Shown one piece after another: positions 37,525 through 47,973 of a DNA stretch of 64,000 nt (its first letter is position 1; each line of letters starts with the position of its first letter). The position numbers and the translations under genes are program-made. The notes under the pieces are model-generated. The model did not search any database. It was not told where the DNA came from and saw nothing but the letters and a program-made list of their open reading frames with translations. The stretch is from Candidatus Campbellbacteria bacterium GW2011_OD1_34_28 (lineage in GTDB: Bacteria > Patescibacteriota > Minisyncoccia > Phycocordibacterales > UBA12079). Location: NCBI GenBank assembly GCA_001029775.1, contig CP011215.1:274685-338684 (forward strand), written 5' to 3'.

Positions 37525-40500
37525 ATGACTAACGAAAATAATATTAATAATAAATCTGAGACAGCCAAGAATGAAGAAAACATTATAAAGTTTTGGCAGG
37601 AGAACAAAATTTTTGAAAAATCCGTAGAGAAAGAAGCTCCGAACGGCGAGTTTACTTTTTATGACGGACCTCCTTTTGCTACCGGTCTTCCGCACTATGG
37701 GCATCTTTTGCCTGGGACGATGAAAGATATTATTCCTCGTTATCAAACAATGAAAGGCAAAAGAGTTAATCGTCGTTGGGGTTGGGATTGTCACGGTCTA
37801 CCGATTGAGAATTTGATTGAAGATGAATTGGGACTTAAAACAAAAAAAGATATTTTTGAACATGGAGTAGAAAAATTTAATCAGTCTGCAAAAGACAGCG
37901 TTCTTCGTTATGATGCTGATTGGAAAAAGATTATTCCAAGAACGGGAAGGTGGGTGGATATGTCGCACAGTTACAAGACTATGGACACGACCTATTCAGA
38001 AACTATTTGGTGGATTTTTAAAACTGTCTACGAAAAGAAATTAATTTATGAAGGACATAAAGCAATGCATTTGTGCCCTCGATGTGAAACAACACTTTCT
38101 AATTTTGAGGTTAATCAAGGGTACAAAGATATAAAAGATATTTCGGTTACTGCAAAATTTGAAGTTGAACATACCAATAGTACGAATGATACTAATGATA
38201 CGAATAATACAAATACTAAGACTTATATTTTAGCTTGGACTACTACACCATGGACTTTGCCTGGTAATGTTGCTTTGGCTGTCGGAAAAGATATCGATTA
38301 TGTAGAAGTAGAAGTTTTGCCAGAATCAGATATTAGAGAAGTTGGAAACACGGATTATAAAGTCCTTCCAATAGAATATTATATTTTAGCTAAAGAAAAA
38401 TTAGAAAGTGTTTTTGGGGGTCGTCGTTATAGCGTTAAGGAAGAATTTAAAGGATCAGAGCTTGTTGGAAAATCTTATAAACCGGTTTTTGATTATTATC
38501 AAAACGAAGATTTAGAAAATAAAGAAAACGGTTGGAAAATTTACGGGGCGGATTTTGTGACGACCGAGGACGGAACGGGAATTGTTCACATCGCTCCGGC
38601 TTTTGGATCGGACGATATGGAATTGGGAAAGAAAGAAAATTTGCCGTTTATTCAGCATGTCACAGTGGACGGAAAATTTAAACCTGAAGTAAAAGACTTT
38701 GTCGGTTTGACAGTAAAGCCAAAAGACACAAAAGAAGATGCCAGTGCGCACCTGAGAACAGATATTGAGATTGTCAGATGGCTACAAGAACACGACAAGT
38801 TTTTCTCGAAGGAAAATTTGGTCCACTCCTATCCTCATTGTTGGAGATGCAATACACCGCTTTTGAATTATGCGACATCATCGTGGTTTTTGAAGGTGAC
38901 CGATTTGAAGGATAAATTGTTGGAGGTAAATAGCAAAATTCACTGGGTGCCGGAACACATCAGAGACGGAAGATTTGGAAAATGGTTGGAAGGGGCGAGA
39001 GATTGGGCGATTTCCAGAACGCGTTTTTGGGGTGCACCTTTACCAGTTTGGAAATGTAAAGAATGTGACAATGTTCATGTACTTGGTTCTATTGAAGACC
39101 TTAAACAAAAAACAAGAGGCACTAACAAATATTTTGTAATGCGACACGGCGAAGCGGAAAACAATACTTTGAATGTTTCCAGCACGAAAGCAGAAAATCC
39201 CCATCACTTAACTGACAAAGGAAAAGAACAGGTATTGGGTGCGATTGCAAAATTGAAAGAAAAGAAAATTGATTTTATTATCTCGTCTCCTTTTGTTAGG
39301 ACAAAAGAGACGACTGAAATGATTGCGAAAGAAATCGGTATCAACGAAATAATTTTTGATGACAGATTGATAGAGGCACAGGTAGGTGATTTTGAAGGAA
39401 AAGATATTTCCGAATACAGAAATTATACGAAATCTTTGGAAGAAAAATTTTTGCAAACTCCGCCTAACGGAGAAAGTTTGACCGAGTTAAAAAACAGAGT
39501 AGGGGATTTTATTTACGAGATTGATAAAAAATATTCCGACAAAAATATTTTGATTGTTACTCATGAATATCCAGCTTGGTTGTTGATTGCCGTGACAAAA
39601 GGACTAAATGGCACAGAGGCGGTTGAATTGAAACACAAAGAAAATCTTTTTGAAAATGCCGACATAAAAGAATTGGATTTTGCACCAATTTCTCATAACA
39701 AAAATTATGAGTCTGATTTGCATATGCCATATATAGACGAGATAAAATTTGCTTGTGAATGTGGAGGAGAGATGGAAAGAATCAAAGAAGTTTTTGATTG
39801 TTGGTTTGAATCTGGCGCGATGCCTTATGCTTCGAATCATTATCCTTTTGAAAATCTGGACAAATTTAATCCTGAAAAAGGTATTGGTTTTCCGGCTGAT
39901 TTTATTGCTGAAGGAACCGATCAGACCAGAGGGTGGTTTTATACATCATTGGTTTTGTCGACCGCATTGTTTGAAAAAGCGTCTTTCCAAAATGTAATTG
40001 TAAACGGAATGATAATGGCAGAGGACGGCAAAAAAATGTCAAAGAGTCTCAGAAATTATCCCGATATTTCGTATATGTTGGATAAATACGGAGCGGATGC
40101 TCTAAGATACTATATTATTTCTTCTCCAGCTGTTCGTGCCGAGGATTTAAATTTTTCTGAAAAGGGAGTAGATGAGATTTTGAAAAAAATTATTTTGAAA
40201 ACAAAAAATGTTTTGTCTTTTTATGAATTGTATAAAGACGAAATCTCTGCAGAGGTTAAACCTCTGCAAAGCGACAATGTTCTTGATAGATGGATTATTG
40301 CTCGTTTGAATCAATTAATTGTAGAAGTTACGACAGGATTGGACAATTACGAATTAGATAGAGCATCCAGACCGATTGTTGATTTTGTCGAAGATCTTTC
40401 TACTTGGTATATTCGTCGTTCAAGAGATAGGTTTAAGGGGGAAGACGAAAAAGACAAGAATTTTGCAATAGAAACGACAGGTTTTGTTTTGAAAGAATTA

Positions 40501-41115
40501 ACAAAAGTAATGGCTCCGTTTATGCCGTTTGTCGCCGAAGAGGTTTATCAAAGAGTAAAAGGTAATGAAGGAAAAGAAAGTGTCCATTTAGAAAACTGGT
40601 CAGAAGTTGAAAAAGTGGACGAAAAGATTTTGGAAGAAATGAAAAGGGTGAGAGATATTGTGTCGCTGGCTTTGGAGGCGAGAGCAAAGACGGGGATAAA
40701 GGTGAGACAACCGCTTCAAAAGCTGACAGCTTACAGCCAACAGCCTACAGCAATGGACGAAGAATTGGTTGGTGTCATTAAAGATGAGGTGAATGTGAAG
40801 GATGTGGTATTTGAAAAAGGAGATGAAGAGAAGGTTGAATTAGATATAGAAATCACCCCGGAACTAAAAGCCGAAGGGCAATATAGAGAACTGCTTCGAA
40901 ATATTCAGAGGATGAGAAAAGATGCAAACCTTGTGCCGAACGATTTGGTAGAGTTGGAAGTAGAAACAGATGAAGTAGGAAAAGAATTGATAGAAAAATT
41001 TGCCGAAGATTTGAAACGTACGGCTGGATTAGAAAAAATAGAATTTGAGGGTGTCGATGACGGAGAAAATATAAAAATCGACAATCTAACTTTTAAAATA
41101 AAATTAGAAAAATAA
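37525..41115 (+). CDS. ileS: Isoleucine--tRNA ligase (type 2) carrying an inserted histidine-phosphatase (PGAM-like) domain
   Basis: HYGHLLP (HIGH), KMSKSLRN, WxCxxC zinc region, editing domain. Residues encoded ~39100-39700 read VMRHGEAENN...LTDKGKEQ...FIISSPFVRTKET...NGESLTEL...ILIVTHEYPAW, a PGAM branch-1 signature. Confidence 0.85.
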   Translation: MTNENNINNKSETAKNEENIIKFWQENKIFEKSVEKEAPNGEFTFYDGPPFATGLPHYGHLLPGTMKDIIPRYQTMKGKRVNRRWGWDCHGLPIENLIEDELGLKTKKDIFEHGVEKFNQSAKDSVLRYDADWKKIIPRTGRWVDMSHSYKTMDTTYSETIWWIFKTVYEKKLIYEGHKAMHLCPRCETTLSNFEVNQGYKDIKDISVTAKFEVEHTNSTNDTNDTNNTNTKTYILAWTTTPWTLPGNVALAVGKDIDYVEVEVLPESDIREVGNTDYKVLPIEYYILAKEKLESVFGGRRYSVKEEFKGSELVGKSYKPVFDYYQNEDLENKENGWKIYGADFVTTEDGTGIVHIAPAFGSDDMELGKKENLPFIQHVTVDGKFKPEVKDFVGLTVKPKDTKEDASAHLRTDIEIVRWLQEHDKFFSKENLVHSYPHCWRCNTPLLNYATSSWFLKVTDLKDKLLEVNSKIHWVPEHIRDGRFGKWLEGARDWAISRTRFWGAPLPVWKCKECDNVHVLGSIEDLKQKTRGTNKYFVMRHGEAENNTLNVSSTKAENPHHLTDKGKEQVLGAIAKLKEKKIDFIISSPFVRTKETTEMIAKEIGINEIIFDDRLIEAQVGDFEGKDISEYRNYTKSLEEKFLQTPPNGESLTELKNRVGDFIYEIDKKYSDKNILIVTHEYPAWLLIAVTKGLNGTEAVELKHKENLFENADIKELDFAPISHNKNYESDLHMPYIDEIKFACECGGEMERIKEVFDCWFESGAMPYASNHYPFENLDKFNPEKGIGFPADFIAEGTDQTRGWFYTSLVLSTALFEKASFQNVIVNGMIMAEDGKKMSKSLRNYPDISYMLDKYGADALRYYIISSPAVRAEDLNFSEKGVDEILKKIILKTKNVLSFYELYKDEISAEVKPLQSDNVLDRWIIARLNQLIVEVTTGLDNYELDRASRPIVDFVEDLSTWYIRRSRDRFKGEDEKDKNFAIETTGFVLKELTKVMAPFMPFVAEEVYQRVKGNEGKESVHLENWSEVEKVDEKILEEMKRVRDIVSLALEARAKTGIKVRQPLQKLTAYSQQPTAMDEELVGVIKDEVNVKDVVFEKGDEEKVELDIEITPELKAEGQYRELLRNIQRMRKDANLVPNDLVELEVETDEVGKELIEKFAEDLKRTAGLEKIEFEGVDDGENIKIDNLTFKIKLEK

Positions 41116-41191
41116 AGTTAAGCAAAAAGTGCAGTTAACTGCACTTTTTGCTTAACTTACACCTTGCACCTTACTCCTGTATACTGTCCCT

Positions 41192-41791
41192 ATGAGCCAT
41201 AACATCTACAACACAGAGGGGATTGTTTTAGGAAGTTTTGCTATTGGTGAGGCGGACAAATTTTTTCGGATTTTCACGAGAGAATTGGGATTGATAGAAG
41301 CGACAGCACAGGGCATTAGAAAAACAGAATCAAAAAATCGTTACGGTTTGCAAGATTTTTCTCTTCTTCACATTTCTTTGGTACGGGGGAGAGAAGTATG
41401 GAGAATTACAAGTGTCTCTACAATAAAAAATCTATTTTTTGATTTGGAAGAAAAAAAAGATGCCCGAGAATCTTTGATAAAAATAATTTTATTTATACAG
41501 AAATTGGTTCACGGAGAAGAAAAGAATGAAAAATTATTTGACCTTGTTTTGAATGCTTTTGAATTTTTGAAACGAAAAGAAATTAGCTCAACCTCTTTGA
41601 AAAGTTTTGAGACTATTTATTTTTTAAAAATATTGGATAACTTGGGATATTTTGATAAAAATATTCAGGAGGAAAAATTTAAAGATTTTTTGAGTTGCGA
41701 TGTAACTGATGATTTAATCAATAAGATGTCTTTTGTTGAAAAAGATGCACAAAGAGAAATAGACGAGGCTTTGAGAGAAACACATTTGTAA
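41192..41791 (+). CDS. recO: DNA repair protein RecO-like
   Basis: N-terminal OB fold (TEGIVLGSFAIGEADKFFRIFTRELGLIEATAQGIRK). Confidence 0.65.
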   Translation: MSHNIYNTEGIVLGSFAIGEADKFFRIFTRELGLIEATAQGIRKTESKNRYGLQDFSLLHISLVRGREVWRITSVSTIKNLFFDLEEKKDARESLIKIILFIQKLVHGEEKNEKLFDLVLNAFEFLKRKEISSTSLKSFETIYFLKILDNLGYFDKNIQEEKFKDFLSCDVTDDLINKMSFVEKDAQREIDEALRETHL

Positions 41792-42058
41792 ACGAGAAAA
41801 TAAGGGTTAAGGGGTAAGATATAAGGAGTGAGTAGAAAAAATAAGAAATAAAAAAAGCGGTACATGGTACCGCTGAAAGAACGAGGCGTTCGCTTCCTGT
41901 TCCTGGTATGGATATACTGCTTGAACGGTAGGGTGAAGTTGATCGGAAGCGAACGCTAATTTAATAATATATGAAAGTAGATTCTTGTCAATAAAAATTA
42001 GTTTCACTTGTATTACTAGCTAATTTTAAATTATTTCAAATTTGGTATAATTATCTTT

Positions 42059-43984
42059 ATGTTTGAAGATAAAAATTATAGTAAGTTGGAGGGGTTAAAA
42101 AAAGGACTCTATTCTGCAAAAAATGTCTTTGTGAAAAAAGATGTTTCAGGACTGCACTCAAAAAATTATGATGTAAAAACCGATTGGGAAAAGGAAGCTC
42201 CTGTCATCGATGATAATTTCAACAACAATCAAATGCCAATAAAAAATAAATCAAAAAAAGAAAAAAACTTTGTTGAAAAGTTTTTGATATTTTCCTCTGT
42301 TCTGTTTTTTGTTGCGGCAATTCTTGTTTTGTTTACAATTTTTGGAGGAATAAATAATATATCAACATCCAATGTAGATATCTCTGTTATCGGACCTGCC
42401 ACTATAGAAAGTGGTGGAGAATTATCTTTGCAAATTAGTATAGAAAATAAAAACTCTACTGATCTAGAATTGGTGGATTTGGTTGTTAAATATCCGAAAG
42501 GGACTCGCTCTGTTTCTGGAGAAAGTATGGAAAAATTCACTGAACCACTGGGTACGATTCGTTCGGGAAAAGAAGTAAAAAAAGAAGTAAAAGCAGTTTT
42601 GTATGGTGAAGAAAATAGTGAACAACAAATTGTGGTGAGTCTAGAATACAGAATTGCAGACTCAAATGCCATTTTTTTTAAAGAAAGAAGTTTTGATTTA
42701 AAAATTAGCTCTTCACCTGTTAATTTGGTGATCAGTCCGATAGAAGAATCTATCTCAGGACAAGAGGTAAACTTTTCCGTAAGCGTGATTTCAAACACGA
42801 AGGGAGATGTAAATGATCTATTACTGACAGCCGAGTATCCTTTTGGGTTTGAGTTTATTAGTTCCGATCCAAAACCAGATTTTAGTGATAATGCTTGGAA
42901 AATAGATGGTGAAAAACAGGTTATAAATATCAAGGGTATTATAACAGGACAAGAAGGTGACGAGAGAGTATTTAAATTTACTTGTGGAACTCCCGATGAT
43001 AACAATGAGAAAAAAATCAGTGCAATTTTTGCTATTGCTGAAAAATCTTTGGAAGTGAAAAGACCATTCTTGGGTATTGATTTGGCAATAAATGGGGATA
43101 GCCGTGCTGAATATATTTTGGCTCCGAACAAACCTATCAGAGTGGATGTTACTTGGAAAAATAATTCTCCTGAAAAAATTCTCGATGCCGAAATCTCTGT
43201 TAAATTGAAAGGAACAATCATAAACAAAACTAGTATCAATGTTGAAAAAGGATTTTATCGTTCAACCGACAATACTATTGTTTGGGATAAAAGAACAAAT
43301 GCTGATTTAGCAGAAGTAGTTTTGGGTGACAGTGGAAGATTTAGTTTCTATTTTGAGCCAGTAGGAATTAGCACGAGAGGGTCTTTTGTTAATCCAGAAA
43401 TTTCAATGGAGGTAAGTGCAAAAGGAAACAGAGTTTTTGAGAATGCTACTCCCGAAGAAGTGATATCTACAATGACTAGAACAATAAAAATATCTTCTGA
43501 CCTAGCAGTTACTCCTAGGGCAACATATTATTCAGGTCCTTTTACCAATTCGGGTTCATTGCCTCCTCAGGTAGAAAAAGAAACGAGCTATACAATCACA
43601 TGGACAGTCACAAACACAATGAATGATATTTCGGGAGTGAGGGTGATATCATCTTTGCCTCCGTATGTGAGATGGTTAGGAGTTGTTTCTCCATCATCAG
43701 AAAAAATTTCTTACAATCCTGTTGGTGGAGAAATATCTTGGAATGTTGGTGATGTTGATTCTGGGACAGGAATAAATATTCCTTCAAAAGAAATTTCTTT
43801 TCAAGTAATGTTACTTCCGAGTGTTAGTCAAATAGGACAAACTCCAGATTTAACTACCGAAGTTGTTGTAACCGGAAAGGATATGTTTACAAACGCTTCT
43901 TTGAGAGAAGTGTTTAGAAGTGTAAACACAAGACTGAGCACAGATCCAGGTTTTAACGCATCAAAGGCCAATGTGGTAGAATAG
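42059..43984 (+). CDS. Membrane-anchored large extracellular protein (hypothetical, beta-rich)
   Basis: N-terminal TM helix after a ~80-aa cytoplasmic region, Ig-like beta-rich repeats. Confidence 0.45.
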   Translation: MFEDKNYSKLEGLKKGLYSAKNVFVKKDVSGLHSKNYDVKTDWEKEAPVIDDNFNNNQMPIKNKSKKEKNFVEKFLIFSSVLFFVAAILVLFTIFGGINNISTSNVDISVIGPATIESGGELSLQISIENKNSTDLELVDLVVKYPKGTRSVSGESMEKFTEPLGTIRSGKEVKKEVKAVLYGEENSEQQIVVSLEYRIADSNAIFFKERSFDLKISSSPVNLVISPIEESISGQEVNFSVSVISNTKGDVNDLLLTAEYPFGFEFISSDPKPDFSDNAWKIDGEKQVINIKGIITGQEGDERVFKFTCGTPDDNNEKKISAIFAIAEKSLEVKRPFLGIDLAINGDSRAEYILAPNKPIRVDVTWKNNSPEKILDAEISVKLKGTIINKTSINVEKGFYRSTDNTIVWDKRTNADLAEVVLGDSGRFSFYFEPVGISTRGSFVNPEISMEVSAKGNRVFENATPEEVISTMTRTIKISSDLAVTPRATYYSGPFTNSGSLPPQVEKETSYTITWTVTNTMNDISGVRVISSLPPYVRWLGVVSPSSEKISYNPVGGEISWNVGDVDSGTGINIPSKEISFQVMLLPSVSQIGQTPDLTTEVVVTGKDMFTNASLREVFRSVNTRLSTDPGFNASKANVVE

Positions 43985-44032
43985 ATTGATTTTTCAAAAA
44001 GTTTAGTAAAATGATCGCTATAAAATAAAAAA

Positions 44033-45409
44033 ATGGAAAAAGAAACAGAGCAAAATAAAATGGATAAAATAATTTCTCTCGCAAAGAGAAGAGGGTTTGT
44101 GTATCAAGGATCAGAGATTTACGGCGGTTTGGGAGGAACTTATTCATACGGCCCATTAGGTGTTGAATTGAAAAACAATATTAAACAACTTTGGTGGAAA
44201 AAATTTGTTCAAGATCGAACCGATGTCGTTGGAATTGATGGCCCTATTTTGCTTCACCCAAAATTGTGGGAAGCCTCAGGACACAAAGCTGGATTTGGAG
44301 ACGCAATGGTTGATTGTAAAGAATGTAAAAAAAGATTTAGAGCAGATCACTTGGTGGAAGAAGCTATTGGTATTGATATGGAAGGGGAGAACGAAAAGAT
44401 GAACCAAGCTATTCAAGAAAATAAAATAAAATGTCCCGCTTGCGGAAAATTTAACTGGACCGATGTTCGCGATTTCAATATGATGTTCAAGACAGAAATG
44501 AATGGAGTAGAAGAATCTGTTTTTTTGAGACCAGAAACTGCGGGAGCAATTTTTATTGAATTTAAAAATATTATTGATTCAACAAGAAAGAAAATTCCTT
44601 TTGGTATTGCCCAAATCGGAAAGGCTTTTAGAAATGAAATAGTAGCAGGCAATTTTATTTTCAGACTTCGTGAATTTGAACAAATGGAAATAGAATATTT
44701 GATTCACCCAAATATGGATTGGGAGCCTTTGTTTGAAGAATGGATAAAATTGCAAGAAGATTTTGCTTTGGAATTGGGTGCTAAACGAGAAGACTTGAGA
44801 AGAAGAGAACACTCGAAAGAAAAGCTTTCTCATTATTCAAAAAAGACAGTGGATATAGAATACAATTTTCCGTTTGGAGGTTTTAAAGAGCTTTTTGGAT
44901 TGGCACACAGAGGTGATTTTGATTTAACTCAACACAGCAAATATTCAAACGAAAAGTTGGAATATTTTGATCAAGATAGCGGAGAGAGATTCACTCCTCA
45001 TATTATAGAGCCAACATTTGGTGTTGAGAGAAGTTTACTAATGACACTTATTTCTGCGTACAACGAAGAAGAAGTAGAGGGGGAAATGCGAGTAGTTTTG
45101 AAATTACCTAAAAAAATCGCTCCTGTTAAAGTAGCTATTTTGCCTCTTTCTAAAAAAGAAGAACTGACAAAACCAACAATGGAATTGTTTAATAGTTTGA
45201 AAAATTCTTTTGTTTGTCAGTATGACGAAACGCAATCAATTGGAAAGAGATACAGAAGACAAGACGAGATTGGTACACCATTTTGCATTACATTTGATTT
45301 TGATTCTTTGAATGATTTGTCAGTGACTGTTCGTGATAGAGATACGATGAAACAAGACAGAGTAAAGATTGAAGAAGTTGAAAGTTATCTAAAAGAAAAA
45401 TTGAAGTAA
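44033..45409 (+). CDS. glyQS: Glycine--tRNA ligase (dimeric class II)
   Basis: YGGLGGTYSYGPLGVELK..., class II motifs, C-terminal anticodon-binding domain. Confidence 0.85.
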   Translation: MEKETEQNKMDKIISLAKRRGFVYQGSEIYGGLGGTYSYGPLGVELKNNIKQLWWKKFVQDRTDVVGIDGPILLHPKLWEASGHKAGFGDAMVDCKECKKRFRADHLVEEAIGIDMEGENEKMNQAIQENKIKCPACGKFNWTDVRDFNMMFKTEMNGVEESVFLRPETAGAIFIEFKNIIDSTRKKIPFGIAQIGKAFRNEIVAGNFIFRLREFEQMEIEYLIHPNMDWEPLFEEWIKLQEDFALELGAKREDLRRREHSKEKLSHYSKKTVDIEYNFPFGGFKELFGLAHRGDFDLTQHSKYSNEKLEYFDQDSGERFTPHIIEPTFGVERSLLMTLISAYNEEEVEGEMRVVLKLPKKIAPVKVAILPLSKKEELTKPTMELFNSLKNSFVCQYDETQSIGKRYRRQDEIGTPFCITFDFDSLNDLSVTVRDRDTMKQDRVKIEEVESYLKEKLK

Positions 45410-45410
45410 A

Positions 45411-45450
45411 AATAAAAAAATCTGTTGCCGTCCGGCAACAGATTTTTGTT
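45411..45450. terminator. Bidirectional terminator between glyQS and the convergent gene
   Basis: aaaaaaatctgttgccg-tcc-ggcaacagatttttgttttt. Confidence 0.6.
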
Positions 45451-45451
45451 T

Positions 45452-45871
45452 TTAAGATAATTTTTTCATAATCTCGCGGAATTTTTTCAGATTGCTCTGA
45501 AGACGAGAAATTTTAAAATGTTTTCCATCGGTATTTACCAAGAAGGTTGTGATAAAATGCCCACCCCTTGTTGGTTCGGGAGGATCGTTGGAAGAAAAAA
45601 TTTCTGGGATTTCATCACGAATTCTTTTTAAGCACTCGTTACAGACACAAATTAATCCTTCTTTTGCATAGAAAGCAATTTCTTCATGAATTCCGTGGAT
45701 GAAGCGAATATGATCTTTTGAAACGCCAAAAATGAAACTGTTTTTTTCGCCGTTCGGTAGTCTTCCTCCAACAATCGTTTTGCAAAATTTGCATTGCAAT
45801 TGTTCTGGTCCTACGCCGATACTTTTTGCCATGTCCGTTAAAACATTGGCTTTTACATCTAGAAATTTCAT
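45452..45871 (-). CDS. Hypothetical Cys-rich protein
   Basis: CKFC...CVCNEC; AGGTGAG RBS. Confidence 0.4.
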   Translation of the reverse strand: MKFLDVKANVLTDMAKSIGVGPEQLQCKFCKTIVGGRLPNGEKNSFIFGVSKDHIRFIHGIHEEIAFYAKEGLICVCNECLKRIRDEIPEIFSSNDPPEPTRGGHFITTFLVNTDGKHFKISRLQSNLKKFREIMKKLS

Positions 45872-45961
45872 TTTTCTCACCTTTAACAGAAGATTATTTA
45901 TCAAATTTCTTCAATTTCTGGATTTACTATATAATATGTTGATATAAAAAACAATCAAAAC

Positions 45962-46092
45962 ACTTGTCCCGTTAGAGATGGCGGACGCGGGGCAATATAT
46001 TTAACAAAAAAATTATAAAATATTTAAATTATAGTAACGATTACTTTTTAGGGACTTGTCCCGTTAGAAGTAGTCTCGCTACTTCTAACGGG
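45962..46092 (+). promoter_or_regulatory. Direct repeats (acttgtcccgttaga x2) plus 14-bp perfect hairpin abutting the start codon of the M16 peptidase gene
   Basis: cccgttagaagtag-tctcgc-tacttctaacggg ends 1 nt before the ATG at 46093. Confidence 0.4.
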
Positions 46093-47367
46093 ATGAAATA
46101 TAAAAAAAAGATTTTAAAAAACGGATTAAGGATAATCACTGTCCCTATGAAAGATAATAATACTGTCACGGCTTTGGTGTTGGTAGAAGCAGGTTCTAAA
46201 TATGAGGAAAAAAATAATAACGGTATTTCACATTTTTTAGAACATGTTTGTTTTAAGGGAACAAAAAACCGTCCCAATCCAGGAGATATTTCCAGAGAAC
46301 TTGATGGTTTGGGAGCAGAAACAAACGCTTTCACATCGCACGAATTTACAGGTTATTATGCAAAGGCTCATTCAAAACATACTCATAAATTGATTGAAAT
46401 AATTTCTGATTTGTATTTAAACCCTGTTTTCAATGAAAATGAAATAAACAAAGAAAAAGGTGTGATTATTGAAGAGATGAATATGTATGAAGATTTGCCG
46501 ATGAGAAAAGTGCATGATGTTTTGATGAATTTGTTGTACGGAGATCAACCTGCTGGGATGACCATTGGAGGCGATCCAAATTTTGTCAAAATAGCTCTTC
46601 CTAAAGATTTTATTGAATATAGGCATAAACATTATGTTGCCTCTGCGACAACAGTTGTTGTGGCGGGGAATATAAACGAAAGTGCTGTTATAAAAGATAT
46701 TGAAAAAAGATTTGAGAATATTTCGGAGTCTAAAAAATATAAAAAATTAAAGGTAAAAGAATCTCAAAAAGATTCACAAATTGCTATCAAACATAAAAAA
46801 CTTGATCAAACTCACTTGGTTTTGGCAGTGAGAGCTTTTGATACATTCAAAAAAGAGAGTGCTGTCGTTTCTGTTATCGCTGGTTTGTTGGGTAGTGGCA
46901 TGAGTTCGCGTCTTTTTACAAAATTACGAGAAGAAATGGGTGTTTGTTATTATGTTCGCTCAGGTAACAACACTTTTACCGATCACGGTTATTTGGACGT
47001 ATCTGTGGGATCGGATAATAAAAGAGCAAAAGAAGTAATAACCGCTATTTTGGAAGAATTTAAAAAATTGAAGACAGAAATAGTTTCTGAAAAAGAATTG
47101 AAAAAAACAAAAGAATATCTTATTGGAGGGATGACGCTATCTTTGGAATCGTCTGATTCATTCGCAGAGTTTTATGGAATTCAGGATATTTTAAAAGAGA
47201 CCATTGAAAGTCCAAAAGAGAAAGCGGACAGAATTAAAAAAGTGACAGCAGGAGATATAAAGAAAACTGCAAACAAAATTTTTACCAATGCCAATTTAAA
47301 TCTTGCCATCGTTGGTGGAGTGGATGAAAAACAAAAACAAGAATTATTAAAACTATTAAAGCTGTAA
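46093..47367 (+). CDS. M16-family zinc peptidase (insulinase-like)
   Basis: HFLEHVCFKGT (HxxEH) and downstream E. Confidence 0.8.
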   Translation: MKYKKKILKNGLRIITVPMKDNNTVTALVLVEAGSKYEEKNNNGISHFLEHVCFKGTKNRPNPGDISRELDGLGAETNAFTSHEFTGYYAKAHSKHTHKLIEIISDLYLNPVFNENEINKEKGVIIEEMNMYEDLPMRKVHDVLMNLLYGDQPAGMTIGGDPNFVKIALPKDFIEYRHKHYVASATTVVVAGNINESAVIKDIEKRFENISESKKYKKLKVKESQKDSQIAIKHKKLDQTHLVLAVRAFDTFKKESAVVSVIAGLLGSGMSSRLFTKLREEMGVCYYVRSGNNTFTDHGYLDVSVGSDNKRAKEVITAILEEFKKLKTEIVSEKELKKTKEYLIGGMTLSLESSDSFAEFYGIQDILKETIESPKEKADRIKKVTAGDIKKTANKIFTNANLNLAIVGGVDEKQKQELLKLLKL

Positions 47368-47389
47368 CTTTTTGTGAGCTATTGACTTA

Positions 47390-47599
47390 TTGTGCTTGCA
47401 CACTGTACCATTAATTACAGGATTTTTGACAAAAACTTTTTCGCGGGAGGTTCTTATGGAACAGGAGAGCTTGCGTAAGTTTTTTTGCGGGTTTATTGCG
47501 TTTTTTTTCATCTGTGCGATGATTTTTGGGCAAATTTGGAAGAAGAATTATGATGAAAGATATAATAATCAAGTAAGCAAGATTGAAAAAAATATGTAA
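47390..47599 (+). CDS. Small membrane protein (hypothetical)
   Basis: One TM helix (FFCGFIAFFFICAMIFG). Confidence 0.3.
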   Translation: MCLHTVPLITGFLTKTFSREVLMEQESLRKFFCGFIAFFFICAMIFGQIWKKNYDERYNNQVSKIEKNM

Positions 47600-47642
47600 T
47601 TAAAAAGCCGAGGGTTACCCCTCGGCTTTTTAAATAAAATAG

Positions 47643-47852
47643 TTAAGCTTTTTTACAACCAAAAATCATATAAATAGCGGAAATACCCACTACTAGATAT
47701 ACGATCGCTTCAACCGTTGGCCATGATCCAAATAGCATGTATACAAGATTTAGGTTTGTATCCATAAGCATTCCTAGACCAACCAAACCCCAATTTAGAC
47801 CACCGACAATTGTTAACCAAAAAGCTATTTTACCCCATATTGTTGAGCACAT
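47643..47852 (-). CDS. DUF378-family small membrane protein
   Basis: GGLNWGLVGLG motif, two TM helices. Confidence 0.7.
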   Translation of the reverse strand: MCSTIWGKIAFWLTIVGGLNWGLVGLGMLMDTNLNLVYMLFGSWPTVEAIVYLVVGISAIYMIFGCKKA

Positions 47853-47973
47853 AGTTTTTATTTAAATTATTTTTAACAGTTTTTAACAGATCGACCTTTT
47901 ACTTAATTTTATCATTGTCATATTTTTTTAATAGGAGAGTGTTGATAAGTTTTACGAGTATTTTTAATTTTTT

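Noticed and set aside
39100-39700. Intein inside IleS
   Set aside because: No Cys/Ser at the insert N-terminus, no HN-C/S/T at the C-terminus and no endonuclease motifs. The insert instead carries complete histidine-phosphatase motifs.
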